A DNA stretch of 62,620 bases, filler included, from Sphacelaria rigidula (Eukaryota): assembly GCA_964200075.2 (NCBI GenBank). It is 6 parts of 6 records of this genome, joined end to end, with 100 filler letters (N's around TTAATTAATTAA, not from the genome) between each part and the next. Parts side by side here need not be neighbours in the genome. Positions count along the whole stretch, not along the records: positions 31,363 to 41,715 come from CAXNAA020006674.1; positions 41,816 to 52,168 come from CAXNAA020006675.1; 4 more parts are not named here. One strand, given 5' to 3'. Below the pieces are notes generated by a model. The model ran no database searches. It saw nothing but the letters and a program-made list of their open reading frames with translations, and was not told the DNA's origin. A program made the position numbers and the translations under genes. Of this stretch, positions 35,991 through 48,822 are shown piece by piece; position 1 is the first letter of the stretch; the number at the start of each line of letters is the position of its first letter.

Positions 35991-36408
35991 AATCTTCATT
36001 TGTTTGATCCACTTCATCTTCCCATCCTCCTTTCTTTTTTTCATTCGTTCACCATCTTTTTCATCCCTTCCGAGCTCAAGTATACTCCTTCCATCCCACC
36101 GTAGTTTTACTCGAGATCTATCTTGCGTGGTACAATAGAAGGGATGACAGAAAAACATTTGAAACGTATGACGAGAAAAAAGGTTGCCAGATTCCACACA
36201 CACACACACACTCACACAGAGGAATGCACACCCTGGATGATGACAGTAGATTACATCGTCAAAAATTGTGCCGCCTACAGTATCGACTATGGCGTCTATT
36301 GCAACAGACATAGGACATTTCATACAGTACGCAATATACTTCTCGACAATTTAATCCCTCGTCATTATTCAGGGCGTGCAAGACTGCCACGAACTAATGG
36401 CCTCTCAC

Positions 36409-39400
36409 CTGCGAGTTGGTGAGGTTGAGCCTTGTGACGTATGGGGTGGGATCAAGATTCCAGGGAGTCCTCAGTAGGCCGTAAGGGTTGTGCACGTAGT
36501 CCCACGCATCCTGAAGGTCGACAAAAAGAAGCGAACGCAACGCAAGAGCCCCCACATCCAACGCACATCAACACACACACTAGAGGGAAGATGGAGAAAT
36601 TGCGCGAGAAACTAATTTGGATAACATCAACAAACGTCAAGGTTGAAAAAAATGTAAGTTTGCTGCGAAGTGACAGCTGAGATATATATCCGCAGCGCCA
36701 TTTCGCTAGTCAGCGATGGTGATCCACGGCATTCGTACCTTTTTTCTCTCTCTTGTTCAATTCCTTCTCGCCACACCTCATTCAACCCCCGCTGTCTCCC
36801 TCGGGACAGGGCACTAGTCTGTATTCGGTAGTCTCAAGGCATCAATACATCGTCTCCCCCGTCCCACACGATGGTGGTCGGGCTAGATCACGTTGTGCAA
36901 TGTGGGAGAACCTCAATTCCGCGCAAAGGGAATGACCGTACTGCGTACTGCTTATACTGTGTGACACCCATGAGGCAGCGTGTAAGCCGTGACTGTCTCT
37001 GAAAGTGGCGAGACCAGAAACCAAAGCAACTCATTGCAGGCTGTCACCCACATGCAAGATCGTCAGTAGGCTTCGGGTCGAACAATTATAGCAGGCTGCC
37101 GTTCACTCTTCATGCGACTCGCCGAACGAACCACAGCGCTTCGCGCCTGGTGATAGATTGCGCGCCTGATTCAGCAAACCTGGCGTGCTCTGTCCCGACT
37201 TTGTAGGAATGCGAGGTCAACGATTATACAACTGAGGCATGCAAGGTCATGAGCACACCTCCGCCCCACGGATAAATAAATAGAACACGCCGTACTCAAC
37301 AGGAGAGATGCGCACCGGTAACCAAAGAAAAAAAACGATTACCGGGCAGGAGGCTTTTTTCTTGAGAGTACAAAAAACGGTTAAATTAGGGGTACTTTTC
37401 AGTCGGTTTAACGGGTTCACCGGGAAACCGGTTCAATCTGATGAGTAAGGAAGAACGCCTCCAAACCATCGAAGCGCAGGTGAATTAGGCGTTGTTGTCG
37501 CGTGTTTCGTGTGGGGTGGGTAATTGATTCACTCTACCACAGCCATTGCCGGTGACGGCAAGGTTAAATCTTCCACCTCCACACGCGTGCAAGATCTGCC
37601 GAACGTTCACACAGCGGCTGGTGATCCCGAATTTAATGCTTGATGGGAAATTATGGTAGTAATAACTTGAACAGCAGCTGTTCGAAACTGGACTCTAGTA
37701 TGGATAGATCGATGAGACATTAGTACGAAATATTACACTGTCCATGAGACGAGTTTCCGGTATGAGCAATATAGCGTGCAAACCAACATAGGGTGTCGTA
37801 AGAGAAAACTCTGCACCCCACACCCCACAACCCAATTCCCAAATAAAGGAGGGAGGAGTAGGGTAAGGCTCCCCCCCCACGCACACTCTTCATGGGACAA
37901 GCGTGACGCCTCCGTGTCCAAAAGCAACGAAACAGCGGACAACGAAAACCAACACTAGACCCTGCAAACCACCCACAAGAACCACGCGATGGCGCGTTCT
38001 CTCCGGGTATTTTTGCTCTACAGAATGGATCATGACGCAATAATCGTACAAGAGTGATAGGCGACAAGGCAGTCCATCGAGTTTTATCCAGAAGAACCGC
38101 CGGCGGCCAGGCCAGACGTCTTCCTGTTCGACAATTTTGGGTCGGTGTTTAGTGTATCGTTTTTCAACGGCTGTTACAAATCCTGCTCAGGATTCAACTT
38201 GAAGTACAAAGGCTGGTTAAAATATAAACCGTACCAGGGGTGCACCAAAAAAGAATCCCGCACATTTATGTGAATATTTTTATTCTGGATCTCTCAGGGG
38301 GGAGGGGGGTAAGGTACTGGTAAGTTCCACTGTAGACCCCCCCCCCTTCTCACCTCCCAAGTGCATCATACAAACTCCTATAAAACTGATCCTACACAAA
38401 ATCCTGCACAAAATGAGCCGGCTTCTGAGGGAGGATTCCCCCCGCCCCCCGCCCCCGATGTTTGTGTGAGCGGCATACGATCCGCTTACCCCTCCTGATA
38501 CATACGTGCAAAATGAAATTGAAATAAAGTAGAAAACTCAAATTAAATGAAAAATAAAATTTCGGCGAGGAAAATAAAAAAGAATTGAACCAGAAGAAAT
38601 GAAAGAAAAGACAAATTAAATAACACGATGAACTGACCTAAATAAAACATGCTAGAGAGAATAAAAGTTATCTGAAAATAAATAAATGAAAGGAAAGAAG
38701 GATAATAAGATGAATAGTAAAAATAGTGAATACATAATGAATGAAACAACGAGAACCAAGGTTAACCTTGGCATGACTTTTGGGGCGTCTTGACGTTCAT
38801 CATGGCAACCCGTAATCACACGGTATTGGGCGGTAAAATTTGGATGGTAACTAATCGCTCTTGTGCTCATCTATGAACGAACCAGCCACTTTGAGGAGAT
38901 CATCTCTGGAAATGACTCGACTGGATCCATCAAATTTAGGGTTAGGTCACACGCCAGGAGAAGGGTGATGTGAAACGTGTGATGTGTCGTGTGCCACGCT
39001 TTCGCTGCCGAAACGTCATAATAACGCCTCCTTCTCCCGGTTAAGCCGTTTTTCCGGTGAACCGGTTCAACCGGCCCAAAAAGCTCTTAGATCTGAAACC
39101 GCCAAACGCCTACTAGGGTTTCCAAGAACCAGTTATAACCGGTTTTATTTCAAAGGTGCCCACCTCTACTCACCATCTTGGTACATAATATCGCGGATTG
39201 GATCCGCGGTCACTGTCCTCAAATGAACACCCTTGTGCTACGTACGTCCGCTCTCACGTTTTTTTACGGGACGGAAAATGAGACACTTCTAATGAAATAA
39301 AAAGCCACATGCATACATTGTACCGCCGATTTGAACCCTTAATATTCCGCTGTTGGTGAAAAGCAATTGTTGTAACAGATAGATTGTAGTTGCAGTGGTC

Positions 39401-41475
39401 CTTGGTTTGTACCGATTAAAGATGCCGTTGCAGTTTTAGGTAGCTGTACCGGTTAGATACCCTGAAGTTGAAGTGCACATGTGCCGTGTTCGTTAGTTGT
39501 ACCGCCCAGATGTGTCGTTGCAGTTGTAGGTAGTTGTACCAGTTAGATACATCGTTGCCGTGTTTGTTAGTTGTACCTATCAAATGTGTCGTTGCAGTTG
39601 TAGGTGGCTGTACCAGTTAGATACATCGTTGCCGTGTTTGTTAGTTGTACCGATCAAATGTGCCGTTGCAGTTGTAGGTGGCTGTACCAGTTAGATACAT
39701 CGCTGCCGTGTTTGTTAGTTGTACCGATCAAATGTGTCGTTGCAGTTGTAGGTGGCTGTACCAGTTAGATACACCTTTGCTAGGCTTTTACTTATTATGC
39801 TAGTAATGCCATTTTTTTATGCTAGTAATCTCACCAAAAATTATGCTCGACAATATGCTCGCATTTTCAAAAAATTATGCTCGATATATGCTCGCAACAT
39901 GGAATTTATGCTTGATCATGCGCATAATATCCAACAAGAATGCCATTTCCGACCGGATACAGACCCACCGATCACTATTTATTACTACTATTATTATATT
40001 CGACACATTAGCTCAATATCTCGAACCCGTGGTCACGGAGTGCAAGGAGCGAACCACCCATACCCATAATCAAGCTTCCCGCCGAGGAAGGCGAAAAAAA
40101 CATCTACACGAAAAAGGGCATACTACTGTAAAGGCAATGTTTTACATAAACGAAGTACTACCTACCTGCATTAGTTCGATTGAATACCGAATTTTCATGT
40201 TGTTGTACAGTACAATGCATCATAGTACATCATCGCGTACTCTCTGTGCTACATCTTGTGCTATATGCCACCCCCCAACTGCCGTATAGACAAGACATAT
40301 GGCAGGCAACCTTCTGATTCGAATATCCATCACAATGTGGCACAATGAGTGCACGTTCTACGCATCTCGTCACCACACTCAAAATAAAAGGTCACGAAAT
40401 CACATGATGCGTTCACTCGTCGCCTGTCCCATGTCGAGGAACTCGTGTCCAAGGCCAACGACAAACGAAAAACTGGCATTTGATTGATGAATGATTTTTA
40501 AAATGATTGTCTCGCATGATGAGCCGATGCCGCTTCGAATCCAGCGGAGGTCGTGAGATGAGTGTGACCTAGGAAACAAGGTGAAAAAAAGGAGACACAC
40601 ATAAGGGTAGAAATTGGGAAAAATACTAGAGTAGACAAGAAGAATGAAGTAGCCAGAGACAGTACAAAACCAAAAAACGCAAAAAAATGGGAAGCTAAGA
40701 TCTGCTGCGTGCTGTGCGCTGTACGCCATGTACTTCAGACTACAGACTATACAGTACATTGTAGGTGTTCATGTTTTGTGTTGTGCGCTTTCATGAAAGA
40801 AACGGTTTTCAGACCTGCGATCGATCAGACTGGCAGTTTGGATTACTACTTCCAGAGCATACACGTATCTCAAACCCGCGGTCGATGATATCAGAGTTTT
40901 TCGCCCAAAATATCACAGCAGGCCAGTTAGACCCGTAATCCCACCCTTACGGTGAACAATTATGCTCGTGTGGAATTACGCTCGGTTATGCTATTTGCTG
41001 AAACGCTATGCTATTTATGCTACCAAGGTGGAATTATGCCAGAAATTATCCTAGCATAATAAGTAAAAGCCTAACCGTTGCCATGTTTGTTAGTTGTACC
41101 GATCAGATGTGTCGTTGAAGTTGTAGATAGTTGTACCACTTAGATACATAATTGGCGTGTTCGTTACAGTAGTTTTACTGATTAGATATGCCGTTGCAGT
41201 TGCAGCTAGTTGTACTAGTCAGATACATAGTGGCCGTCCTAGTTGTACCAGTTACATCACTAAGGCGCGGCGGCATGATACTACGGAGTATATTCCGCAA
41301 ACTCATACGTGAATATGTGCACATGAACATAACGTGTCAACATTTACCTGCATGACGGGGAGGTATGCCCAGCGTCCGTTGTCTATGGTGTGCAAAGAGT
41401 TCGACGGGGAAGCGTCGCCGAACCAATCGGGATTGAAAATGTCGGAGTCGCCATAGCTCTCCAGATTCATCGCAT
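36409..41475 (-). CDS. Tyrosinase-like (type-3 di-copper) protein; internal exons 41475-41348 and 36510-36409
   Basis: Exons with clear acceptors and donors join in phase 0: DAMNLESYGDSDIFNPDWFGDASPSNSLHTIDNGRWAYLPVMQ|DAWDYVHNPYGLLRTPWNLDPTPYVTRLNLTNSQ. F..DWFG, GRWA and N.YG.LR.PWN...TR are, by recall, the inter-CuA/CuB motifs of stramenopile tyrosinase-like proteins. Copper-binding His exons not found here. Confidence 0.7.
36900..37225 (-). repeat. Dispersed ~330-bp repeat, homologous to 59183-59680 (+)
   Basis: Shared blocks TTGACCTCGCAT..ACAAAG.CGGGAC.GAGCACGCC.GGTTT, GTTCGGCGAGTCGCAT, CCCGAAGC.TACTGA, TGACAGCCT..ATGAGTT and GCCTCATGGGT. Confidence 0.75.
37303..39168. mobile_element. Old non-autonomous hAT element (~1.87 kb) in the tyrosinase-like intron
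   Basis: TIRs GAGAGATGCGCACC / TAGAGGTGGGCACC (11/14), degenerate 8-bp TSD CTCAACAG / CTCACCAT, subterminal AACCG/CGGTT clusters at both ends. Confidence 0.65.
39390..41255. repeat. 37-bp minisatellite organised as a 74-bp A/B dimer, interrupted by a hAT element
   Basis: Alternating TAGTTGTACCGATCAAATGTGTCGTTGCAGTTGTAGG and TGGCTGTACCAGTTAGATACATCGTTGCCGTGTTTGT. The array resumes in register at 41074. Confidence 0.9.
39781..41073. mobile_element. Non-autonomous hAT element (1293 bp)
   Basis: Perfect 23-bp TIR TAGGCTTTTACTTATTATGCTAG, 8-bp TSD ACCTTTGC / ACCGTTGC, subterminal TTATGCT repeats. Confidence 0.9.
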
Positions 41476-41660
41476 CTGATATTCCGAATAAAATTGAAAA
41501 AAAGGAAAAAAAGGGAAAAAATTGAACAACGGTGAGGTAAAACAAAAGACACCCGTATCTTCGGACCCTTGGCCGCGGAGCATAGTTCCTCTCTGCTGTA
41601 CTATAATAGTCGATACCTGCAAGCCAAATCCAAACAATTTTACAATAATAAATAAACAGG

Positions 41661-41668
41661 GTTATTAC

Positions 41669-41715
<47 letters not shown>
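41661..41715. repeat. (TTA)n microsatellite at contig end
   Basis: Seen directly. Confidence 0.95.
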
Positions 41716-41815
41716 NNNNNNNNNNNNNNNNNNNNNNNNNNNNNNNNNNNNNNNNNNNNTTAATTAATTAANNNNNNNNNNNNNNNNNNNNNNNNNNNNN
41801 NNNNNNNNNNNNNNN
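41716..41815. other. Artificial contig linker
   Basis: N44-TTAATTAATTAA-N44. Confidence 0.98.
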
Positions 41816-41858
41816 GCTTTTAGAGCTTAAATCCTTTTTTAGGCTGGCCCAGCTCGTA
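41816..41858. mobile_element. Terminus of a third CGAGCTGGGC MITE at contig start
   Basis: GCTTTTAGAGCTTAAATCC..TAGGCTGGCCCAGCTCG|TA aligns with the right end of 1883-3071. Confidence 0.7.
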
Positions 41859-42255
41859 AGTACTCAACCTTTCCTTCTGTGCTTACGTAGTATCTCCTAT
41901 GATGAACTGTCGACCTCAAATTACCGCAACGTTCAATGACTCCAACAATTCATGAATCACCATAGCTAGCAACCTTGTCCTTTCAAAACGCCGATACAAT
42001 CACGATGCCACCTGGTCTCTCGATCTCTCTCTCTCTATTTTCTTACCTGTTCGTAATATAATGTTTACGTTTTGTCCTTCTCCCACTCGAGTTCGTTCCA
42101 TCGGGTGTTTCCGCTTATTTACCTCGCCTTGCATATATATTTTTTGTGGCCACGACTAGATTCACAGTGGATCATTTCATGGGAAACGGTCAATTGGGCA
42201 ACTAACTAGCTCTCACTGTAACACGCTCGCTGGGTGTTCCTTTCGACAGCGGCGG

Positions 42256-45200
42256 ATGGAGTCGCGACGGAGGAGCGCCGGGAACGATCCGGCCCACGAA
42301 TCCCCGTATGCCCCACCCGGTGCAGTTGATGCTCACAACAGCAGCAACACCGTCAATAGGAACAACCGAATGGAAAACCCCGCCCCTGGTAGTAACGACA
42401 GCGGGGGGAGCAGCACTTGGAAGCACAAACACACCAAGATGAACACCATGCCATGGGGAGAGGCTTGCCCAGGCAGCCTCATGCCAGGGTCAAACTCGGG
42501 GGAGCACGGCAAGTCGGCAGTGTCGGGGCAGAGAAATGGCGGGGGCAGGGATGTCGATGAAAGCAACGCAAGCGTTCGAGGACGACGCGAGGGATACCGA
42601 TTACAGGTATTTGTGTGTGCGCGCGCGTGTTTGTGCGTGTGGAGGTGGTTATGGGCGGGGGGTGGTGTCGGTTTGCGTTTGTCTGTGTTTGAAGGTCGTG
42701 TCTTCCGCAATTGTTTTCCAGTTTTGTTTTGGTTCTGGAACCGTGTCGACGGAAGGTGCGCGATGAAGAGTTCATGCACAGCAAAGTTGTCCAGTTCCCC
42801 TACCTCGCTGTCCGATTTATGATCACCCCGAGCCGTTCGCCAAATTCCATGGTAGGCACATGCTTGTTCTCGTCGAACTGCTAGCCCCAATTATAATCCA
42901 AATCCAAACCAGGGAATATCGAGAACCCTTGGGCATGGGGGGTGCAGAGAGTGCTTGAGGCACAGTCTGCGTTGGTTGCGGCACCTATTTAAGCGAAACT
43001 ACGTGATGCGTATGTTGGCAAATGCGATGCTCCCCCGAATCAATAACCCCCCTGAGAGCAAGTCTGTTGTGAACCATAGACTTTGGCGAAAGGGTCGAGG
43101 AAAAGTCTACTGCATCGATGACGAGAGTACTATGAGTGATGATTGGGTTCGCGTGCTCAAAAGTGCGCGCCCTTTGTGTTGACACAGATGATGCCCAGTC
43201 CCTCCATCGGAAGCTTGCCGCTCTACCGTGATCCCGATGAGACCAACGGACGCTGCGTCGATCATTTGGGCGGTGAGACTCCCGAGCTCGCAGCAGAAAA
43301 AGACCAGCTGCGGCACAAGTTATCGTTGCTCAAAAAGAAAATGCACAGCCAGGCCGGCAGCCGGAGGAGTCAGGTGAAGCAGCAGCTCTCAGGATATCTT
43401 ATTGGCACAGAATTAGGGATTAGGGATACATCATAAATTTCAGCATAGTGCGACCCCCCACCACAGCACGGTTAAAGTCGTTCGTCACAAGCTCGATCCG
43501 CTGCGTTTTTTTCAAATGACTGCATCTAAGCACTGAAACGGGGTGCCACAATAGTGCGGCCATACCGGACTGCCAATCCACCGCACCATGGTAAGATCCC
43601 AACGCTGCTCTCCTGTGTCCGAGAACCGTCGATAGCGGTAGTCGACACGTTTGCGTTATACTACGTTAGCATACCATGGTGTAGCCTTGCCTCTGATCGG
43701 AAAGTTGCGACCGGTGAGTCCTGTGTGTTTCTGTGGCTCTTCTCTGTTGAATCGTGCCCTCCCACGCACGTACTCGTTGTGCGCGCAAATGTTTCCGTCA
43801 GAGCGCCGGGCCCAGAGCGGGAGAGGTGTACGAAGACGGGCAAGGGCCAAACGGCACCGGTTCCGCCGACCTTAGACATAATTTGCACAAGACTACCGGA
43901 ACTGCGCCTGCTATGATGCCAGCCCAGCCAGGAGCCTTTGGTGGGCGAGAGCGAGGGTTAGCGCTGGGCGGGAGGAGGGCGGCGGGCGGACGGGTTAGGT
44001 GAATTGATGCTGTGCGCTTCGTAGGGTAGACATCGTTTGATGAGAAACAACCTGGATATTACGTCATCTACCGTTCAGTGTGCATCAATATGCAAATGGA
44101 GGTTATGATCCTCTGTGATCAATATGCACCATCTACGCCAAGTGAAAGCTGTGCGCTCGAACATGCTCACAAGCACAGCAGGCACGTACTGACCCCAACT
44201 TATAGACTAAATTTATTCCATCGATGAACTAAAGCGAATGCCCGCCTCACTCTCCGAAGTTGAAGCGCAGTGTGTCATGGCCTCACTCTTGCTCTTGCGC
44301 CTCGCTTTTTCTCGACGTCATACCCCAGACCACCCCCGGAAGGTCCAGGCAGCCCCTACGCAATCGACCCTCGCAGCACAGCTCCACGAGGTTTGAGCAA
44401 GGACCCTGGTAGCGGTGGGGTTCTTCACCATCAACAACAGCTTGGCTATCACCCCCGCAATCGCCATCAACAGCATCTACACCAGCCCCAACAGAGATAT
44501 GGTGGGGAGGGAAGCTCTAGAGACTTTGCTCCGTACAGCGGGAGAGAGACGGGGATGAGAGAACAGGGCAGCGGCGGCGGCAGCCTTGGAGACAGAGTCA
44601 ATGGCAACGCTCTAACCGATAAGCCAACCCGCGGCGGTAGGTACTCGAGGGAAGACGACATTTATCGGAGAGACTACGGCAAACGGGATACGACGGGCAG
44701 CGGGTGTTGGCAAGGGGCGATGTGGAACCCAAACGAAGACGCACGAGGGCATCAACGAACACTGAGGAATTCTGAGGGTCGCGACGATACTGCTAGTCGC
44801 GACGGTGGTGCTCGTGGTAGCACCGGCTCCGCTAGGCGCGACCGGCCAGGAGAAAAATTCGCCGCCGGGGGTGGTCGGGAAGGAGGCAGTACAGAAACCG
44901 GGGATAGCGTACACAAAAATTATAGTGAAAACAGGGAACACTTGGCTGATAGACGGCGTGCGTGGGGGGGAGTCGGCGGCGACAGCGACAGCCGCGGTGG
45001 CAGGATGAGGTATAGAAGTAGTGTTGAGGGCCGAGGGAGGGTGGACGGGGGCGTTGGGAATGGTGGTAGCGGTGCGAACTTTGGTGGGTTTGCGGCTGAT
45101 TTGTCGGAGGATGCGTTTCCGAGTGAACACGTGCAGCTGGTCCAGTGCCCGGAGTGCGGAAGAAAGTTTACGGAGCAGGCGCTAGAGCGGCACGCTAAGG

Positions 45201-48200
45201 CCTGTCGAACTGTGTTCCAGGCGAAGCGGAAGGTGACGGTACCATGCCGATGTTGACATCCTGCTGCGTGTTGTCGTGAGTCAGGCCTTTCGAACTGCGT
45301 GACGGTGCAAACGCGAATAGGTGACAACACTATGCGGACGATTTCTGTCAACTGCCGTGTGTTCCCGTGAGTGTTGCTGCTTGCCTGTTCGTACGGCGGG
45401 GCTGCGGTGTAGAAACCGGTGTGCCGCTGTGTTTGGTTCACTTTTATTGGCGGCGGTTGGATCCCTCGCCCATCATGAAGCAAATCATGAAGCGAAACAA
45501 AGGGGTGAGAATTCCAGTCGAGGTAGACTGCGGTGTCAGCTTTACCTTGAACGGAGTGCTTAGCCGCCAATATCGATGAAATATATGATGACTTTCATGG
45601 GTAAGATTTTGTTTTGTCCTATGGAAAGGAGACCCTAGTGCGGGCACGACGTCAGCGCCCACACGGCGTTCATTTCTTGGCACAGTGTGCACCTGTCCCA
45701 AAATTGGCAAGTAGTGTGCCGTCAGAACGGCGTCGCTGCGAAGCTGTACTGTACACATACTTGATGCGCCTGGTATAGGAGAAACAATCTCTCTCTCCTT
45801 TCCCCCCACAAGTGCGCCCGAACATGTTGGTGTGTATGGATGTCATCAAGCACGAGCTCTCTCCTCGTGGTTATCTACGGCCTTCCGATTCGACCCGTGG
45901 TCGCGTCGGTTGCAGGTGTTCAACGCCTCGGAGATGCGGATCAAGGGGACGGAGCTCGAAAAATACGCCAAAAGCAAGGGCCGAGGACGGAAAGCGGTCG
46001 GCAGGGGTGCGGAAGGGAAAGGCAGGAGCCACGGCAATTCATCGAGATCTTTTGACGAGACTCCCGTGAATGTCGGCGGTCGCGCTAAACCGAGCAAGTG
46101 GCGCCAGCAGTCGAGTCAGTTCAGGGACGCTATTCGGCAGGTGAAATATAGTTCTCAAGCCACAGTAGTCTCGCACTGCAAGCCCATGTTCTTTTTTTTT
46201 CAGGGTTCCTCCAAAATACGCACGATGAACACGGTGAACAGCAGACGAGATTTGCTTCTTGGCAATGCCGGTAGTTATGTTTTCCTTGGACATTGTAGAG
46301 TTGAGGTACTACATGCATTGTTTAGTGCGTGGAGGAGGTATCATATATGTCACGGGCAGAGTGGTAAAATGCCATAGACTTGTCCGTGCACTAGTTCGTT
46401 TTTACGATTGTCTCAATTGCGTAGGTTACCATCATCTCTGGACACGCGCTGTGGTGGCGGATCTTCAAGTGTGGGGGCATAAGCCTGAGTGATTCCTTTG
46501 TGTGGAGCGATATTGCAGTGATGACTCGAGGATCGCTACGGTATGGGAATAGGGTGCCGAGCGTACGGCCAGATGAGGTATACTACGCTGGTGCAGATCA
46601 CATAAACTGGACGATACACGCATTTTTACAGCAGTCGACGCACAAAACAGCACTTCGAGCTAGCAATGCTGCTGTTGCTGCCGGCCTGTAGTCGGTTATG
46701 CCCTCCAAACACACGTGCCGAAGGCAAAACAGCTTCACGTCCAGGCCAAGCGGTTTTCATGTTGACTGGTGCTGACTGCTCGCCTGGAATGCTTGTTAAC
46801 CCAAACAAACCAATCACGTGGGCCGTAGGCGAGGGTTATAACGGCAGCCCAGAAGTCTGGCAAGAGCCTGTCAGAACTCCCCGCTCCCGAGCCGTCACAG
46901 CCGGATCCGAGCTTCGTGGCGTGTCCGCACTGCGGCCGTAGATTCAACGAGGCGGCGGGCGAGCGGCATATGCTCCACTGCAAGAACATAAAGGCAAAGG
47001 TGCGGAGCATGTAATACTGTCACAAAAATAACGGCAATGATGATAACATTAGTATTATTTGGTAATGATGAGCGATGAGCGATGAGCGATTTGCGCAGTT
47101 TCCCTTGTCCCTCATGTGTGAATTTTGTGTTCCCCTCTCTCCCTCTGTCCAGATTGCGCCCGAGGTTTGACATAGATTGAGTGATGCGAGCTGATAATGT
47201 CTTGCGTACGTGCCACTATCTAGGTGTACCTAACTGTAAAAACCTTAAACTCGACCATGCTACGATGTCAACCTCGAAGTCGTCAGTCGTGGTCGGTACA
47301 CGACGGGTTCCATCTCCGAGTCATTCCACGGTGGGGGTGGGACGCACTCATTTGTTGCTTACTTCAGCCGTTTGACGGTTGACCACCACGCATTCCTTTC
47401 GAGATGGAGCACCGTTTCCACTTCTAATAGAGACACCTACAATATTTGGGGGCGCTTATTACCTTTTTTCCATGCAATATACAAAAACCTCTTACATGTC
47501 TTATTCCCGTGCTGTTTCGCCGTTTCTGGCCACCATTTATCTCCTAGCATAGCCATCGTTCTTTCCCTACTGTCTGATGCATCAAACGATTTCATGCTAC
47601 CTTCGCTCACGTCCCGCATTTCCCCCTCTAGCACGTCCCGTTCCTCCTTGTATACTTCACATTATGCAACTATATGAGTTCTGCTCTCTATTGCTTTGCC
47701 ACAGGGGCAATTCTGTGCATCTACTTTCTCCTCCTCTCGACTACTGGTATATTTATTGGTGTGCTTATTTCTTCTTTCTGGCAGGTCCAGGTCCCCAACC
47801 ACAAATCGCAGTTTCAATTTTTCCGCCGCATCTATCGGGGCCATGCGAATATGTTTTCATCCCTATCCCCTCTCTCAAACCCTCGTATATCTTCATCTGT
47901 TCTTCGTCGTCTACTTTTCTTCTGAGCGTTTCGTTTCCCCTTATTTCTACACTATCACGTCTCTTTTGTCTTGTACCCCACACCTTCACCTATGGACAGT
48001 ATTTCGTCTTGGCTCCCCCCAATCTCCTTCCATATTCTCTCGACTTCTCTATCCAACCTTATTCCAGCCTGCCCTTTCATCATTTTTTCCCATACAGCCC
48101 TATCAACTACGATTGGCAAACTCTTTCTCTGCATGTTTTCAAAACTATATTGCTATCTCATTTTTTTCATGTCTCTGCTTCTTTCAAGTGAGTACATTCC

Positions 48201-48822
48201 CAACTCTGCTCTCATGGCTGTATTACTCGTCGTTTGTGAGCCCCCAATTGTTTTCTTAGCTGGTGCCATCTGTACCGTTTCCAATTTCTTCACCAACTTC
48301 ACGTTCCCCGCGCATACTTCTCCTGCATATTCCAGCTTTGATACAATCACGTTCACCAGGACACATATCTTAACCCTAGTATCTAGTTTGGAGTCTCTGA
48401 GGATCACGTCCATCCTGCCTATCTTCCCCTTACCCTCTTTTATGTATGTATGTGTCCACCCTGCCTATCTTCCCCTTGCCCTCTTCTATGTGTATGTTTG
48501 TGTGCAACGCTGAAGAGCACAGTCGAAGAGTTGATCCGTACAGTACTGATGAATTTCGCTAATAGCAAGCAACTCCCAGACGAATCGTGATTCGTGTGAA
48601 CCTTGATAGATTCACGGCACGCGCGCAACAACAATAAATACGCGGATTAGTCTAGTGCTGGGTTTAATCTTTTTTTCCCGTCCGGTTCTTCCGCGTATCC
48701 CTCGAATGCGAAAAAAACACGTCCGATGGCAGCCTTCTGTCTTGAAGAAGGGATCGGGCAGCCTCCTAGGCCATGCTGCACGCTCCGCCTCAGGAAAAGC
48801 GACGCGAGGTCAACGTTGGTGA
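42256..48822 (+). CDS. ZC2HC1: C2HC zinc-finger protein (ZC2HC1/FAM164 family), ~707 aa; exons 42256-42606, 43188-43373, 43802-43998, 44329-45232, 45916-46140, 46829-46999, 48733-48822
   Basis: All junctions are GT-AG and phase-compatible. Two zf-C2HC_2-type fingers (CPECGRKF..ALERHAKAC; CPHCGRRFNEAAGERHMLHC) flank the KRKVFN..R and SKWRQQS.QFR.AIR motifs. TGA at 48820-48822. N-terminal exons are less certain. Confidence 0.85.
47333..48440 (-). mobile_element. 5'-truncated decayed LINE (post-RT region plus CCHC knuckle), antisense in the last ZC2HC1 intron
   Basis: KLEYAGEV..KKLETVQM..K..G..TSN.A.RAELG, CPCG..ESRTHIVA.C, LGDKWWP; the ORF ends GAPSRKECVVVNRQTAEVSNK*. Same family as 34082-35990. 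Confidence 0.9.

Noticed and set aside
39390..41255. CRISPR-like look of the regularly spaced TAGTTGTACC motif
   Set aside because: The intervening sequences are themselves repeated (A/B dimer) rather than unique spacers. There are no cas genes, and the context is a eukaryotic intron.
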